Shown piece by piece: positions 30,305 through 32,000 of a stretch of 32,000 bases of DNA (positions within the stretch are counted from its first letter, which is position 1; every line of letters begins with the position of its first letter). Under the pieces are notes generated by a model, which made no database searches, was not told where the DNA came from, and worked only from the letters and a program-made list of their open reading frames with translations. Position numbers and translations under genes: made by a program. The stretch is from an uncultured Oscillospiraceae bacterium (GTDB taxonomy: Bacteria; Bacillota; Clostridia; Oscillospirales; Oscillospiraceae). The stretch lies in assembly GCA_934661135.1 (NCBI GenBank), contig CAKUJA010000004.1:8814-40813 (forward strand), in the 5' to 3' direction.

Positions 30305-31756
30305 ATGAAAAAAGCTACGTTATTGGACTGTAAAGCCTTGCAAAGCCGCGTCCGCTCAGAGGACGTGAAGCCAGCGGAAAAATGGCTCGGTTATCTCTTG
30401 GGCCCGGCGGGAGCGCTGCTGCTGAATGCAGTGCTTGCCACCTATCTGAATGTCTACTATACGGATGTTCTGAAGCTGACCCATGTCTGGGGCGGCGCAT
30501 TTTTGGTGGTCTTTCCCATCATCTCCAAGATCATCGACGCCATCACCAATGTAGTCATGGGCTACATCATTGACCGTACCCACACAAAGGAGGGAAAGGC
30601 ACGGCCCTGGCTGCTGCTTTCTGCGCCGCTGCTGACGGTCACGGGAATCTTGCTCTTTACCGTGCCAAGCGGCAGCGAGACCGTACAGGTCATCTGGGTC
30701 ATGGTCAGCTACAATCTGTTCTACTCCTTTGCCTACACCATTTTCAACATGAGCCATAACCTGATGGTACCGCTGTCCACCCGCAATATCACGGAGCGCG
30801 GCAGTTTGTCGGTCTTTAACCAGATCGCCACCATCATGATGAGCGGTATTCTGGTGGCGCTGGTGTTCCCCATGGCCGTCATGCCCATGATCGGTGTGGA
30901 TCAGGGCAAATGGATCGGCCTTATGAGCGTGTTGTCCATTCTGGCGTTGCCCTTGACGCTGCTGGAGTACTACTTCACCAAGGAGCGCGTTACCCTTGAG
31001 GAGCGGAGTGCGGGCATAGAAAAGACGGTTCCCTTTGCACAGCAGCTAAAGGCGATCTTCACCGATAAATATATGCTGCTCATCTATGCGTATTTTCTGA
31101 TCTATACCGCCGGCACGTCCATCAAGAACATCAGCCTTGTCTACTTCTGCAATTACGTTCTCGGCAGCTATAACGACGGCATCACTCAGACCATGCTCTC
31201 CGTCATCGGCGGCATTCCCATGGGCATCGGTATCTTTGCCGTGTGGCCGCTGGCAAAAAAATTCGGCAAGCGTAACGTGACGCTGGCGGGTTTCATCCTC
31301 TATGCCATCGGCGGCGCAATCTGCTGGGCGTTCCCCACAAATATGGTCATTATGCTGGTGGGACAGTTCATCAAGAACATCGGCGGTCTGCCCTGCGCCT
31401 ATGTGTTCATGGCGCTCTTTGCCGATGTGCTGGATCATCTGGAATGGAAAACAGGATTCCGCTCCGACGGTGTTGCCATGAGCGTGTATAACATCATTGC
31501 CGTCGCGATGGTCGGCATCTGCACGGGTGTATTCAACGGTCTTCTGGGTCACGCAGGCTACATTGCCCCGGAGATCGTGAACGGCGTCACCGTGGCCGCC
31601 GCCCAGTCTGACACGGTCAAGGGCGTCATTACGTTCGGCTTCGTGGGGCTGGAGGTGTTCACCGGCGTGATCCTGGCGGTGCTGCTGGTGTTCCTCAACG
31701 TGGAAAAGGGCATTGAAAAGAAGCAGGCGGAGATCAAGGCAAGGGAGGAAAAATAA
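30305..31756 (+). CDS. Glycoside-pentoside-hexuronide (GPH) family cation symporter
   Basis: Start trimmed to MKKATLLD at 30305, with GGAGGA 7 nt upstream. The track start at 29399 is antisense to the AraC gene. About 12 TM segments. Contains [15 protein letters not shown], a GPH-type loop motif. Confidence 0.85.
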   Translation: MKKATLLDCKALQSRVRSEDVKPAEKWLGYLLGPAGALLLNAVLATYLNVYYTDVLKLTHVWGGAFLVVFPIISKIIDAITNVVMGYIIDRTHTKEGKARPWLLLSAPLLTVTGILLFTVPSGSETVQVIWVMVSYNLFYSFAYTIFNMSHNLMVPLSTRNITERGSLSVFNQIATIMMSGILVALVFPMAVMPMIGVDQGKWIGLMSVLSILALPLTLLEYYFTKERVTLEERSAGIEKTVPFAQQLKAIFTDKYMLLIYAYFLIYTAGTSIKNISLVYFCNYVLGSYNDGITQTMLSVIGGIPMGIGIFAVWPLAKKFGKRNVTLAGFILYAIGGAICWAFPTNMVIMLVGQFIKNIGGLPCAYVFMALFADVLDHLEWKTGFRSDGVAMSVYNIIAVAMVGICTGVFNGLLGHAGYIAPEIVNGVTVAAAQSDTVKGVITFGFVGLEVFTGVILAVLLVFLNVEKGIEKKQAEIKAREEK

Positions 31757-31759
31757 GGC

Positions 31760-32000
31760 ATGAAAAAGCCTCTGAAAATCGTAATGATCGCTGCCGCCGT
31801 ACTGGTCGTGGCTTCTTTGGCGGGATTGGCGATCACCGGTCTGAAAATCGGCTGGGGCCCGTTTTCTTTCCTGCATACATGGGATGAGGACGTAGAAAAG
31901 ATCCAGCAGGCCTATCCCGCCGAAGAAAACCAGAACGGCATCATCTTCTACGGCGCATCCAATTTCCGTATGTGGACGGAGATGGAAAACGATCTGCCGG
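31760..32000 (+). CDS. Membrane-anchored SGNH/GDSL-like hydrolase (partial, runs off the right edge)
   Basis: Starts MKKPLKIVMIAAAVLVVASLAG (signal peptide or anchor), followed by GIIFYGASNFRMW, which resembles SGNH block I. Only 80 codons are visible. Confidence 0.5.
   Translation, partial: MKKPLKIVMIAAAVLVVASLAGLAITGLKIGWGPFSFLHTWDEDVEKIQQAYPAEENQNGIIFYGASNFRMWTEMENDLP

Noticed and set aside
1-32000. CRISPR arrays, rRNA genes, IS transposases, retron or DGR reverse transcriptases
   Set aside because: I saw no regularly spaced direct repeats, no rRNA-like sequence, and no DDE transposase or reverse-transcriptase motifs in any frame.

Overview
High-GC Firmicutes-type chromosome segment. The Clostridia-like assignment is an inference from gene content, GGAGG-type ribosome-binding sites (RBS) and a Gram-positive style pilus cluster. 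(1) 1-9.2 kb, minus strand: type IV pilus operon pilB-pilT-pilC-pilA-pilD, then a 164-bp segment bracketed by perfect 20-bp inverted repeats, then pilM-pilN-pilO and a large pilin-like gene that runs off the left edge. (2) 9.4-14.7 kb: c-di-GMP module, made of a TM-PAS-degenerate GGDEF-EAL protein and a divergent REC-HD-GYP-PAS-GGDEF protein translationally coupled to a stand-alone Hpt. (3) 14.9-19.1 kb, minus strand: metQ-metN-metI-rrf2-tcdA operon. It is preceded by a near-consensus promoter, a 30-codon Met/Cys-rich leader ORF and an intrinsic terminator, so it is a candidate sulfur-amino-acid attenuator; I could not recognise an S-box or T-box. (4) 19.2 kb: tRNA-Val(GAC), the attachment site of an integrative element of about 8.9 kb (19237-28190). 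The element has perfect 50-bp direct repeats, a tyrosine integrase and GTGGCAC arm repeats. It carries two XRE regulators, an RHH protein, a WYL regulator, a small serine recombinase and an AT-rich lipoprotein. It also carries two reading frames (one a GIY-YIG nuclease) that are intact except for five in-frame TAG codons; this is the most unusual signal in the window. (5) Right end: AraC regulator, GPH-family sugar symporter and a partial SGNH-like hydrolase. No rRNA, CRISPR array or IS transposase was seen. Many long ORFs in the supplied track are antisense shadows of the real genes.
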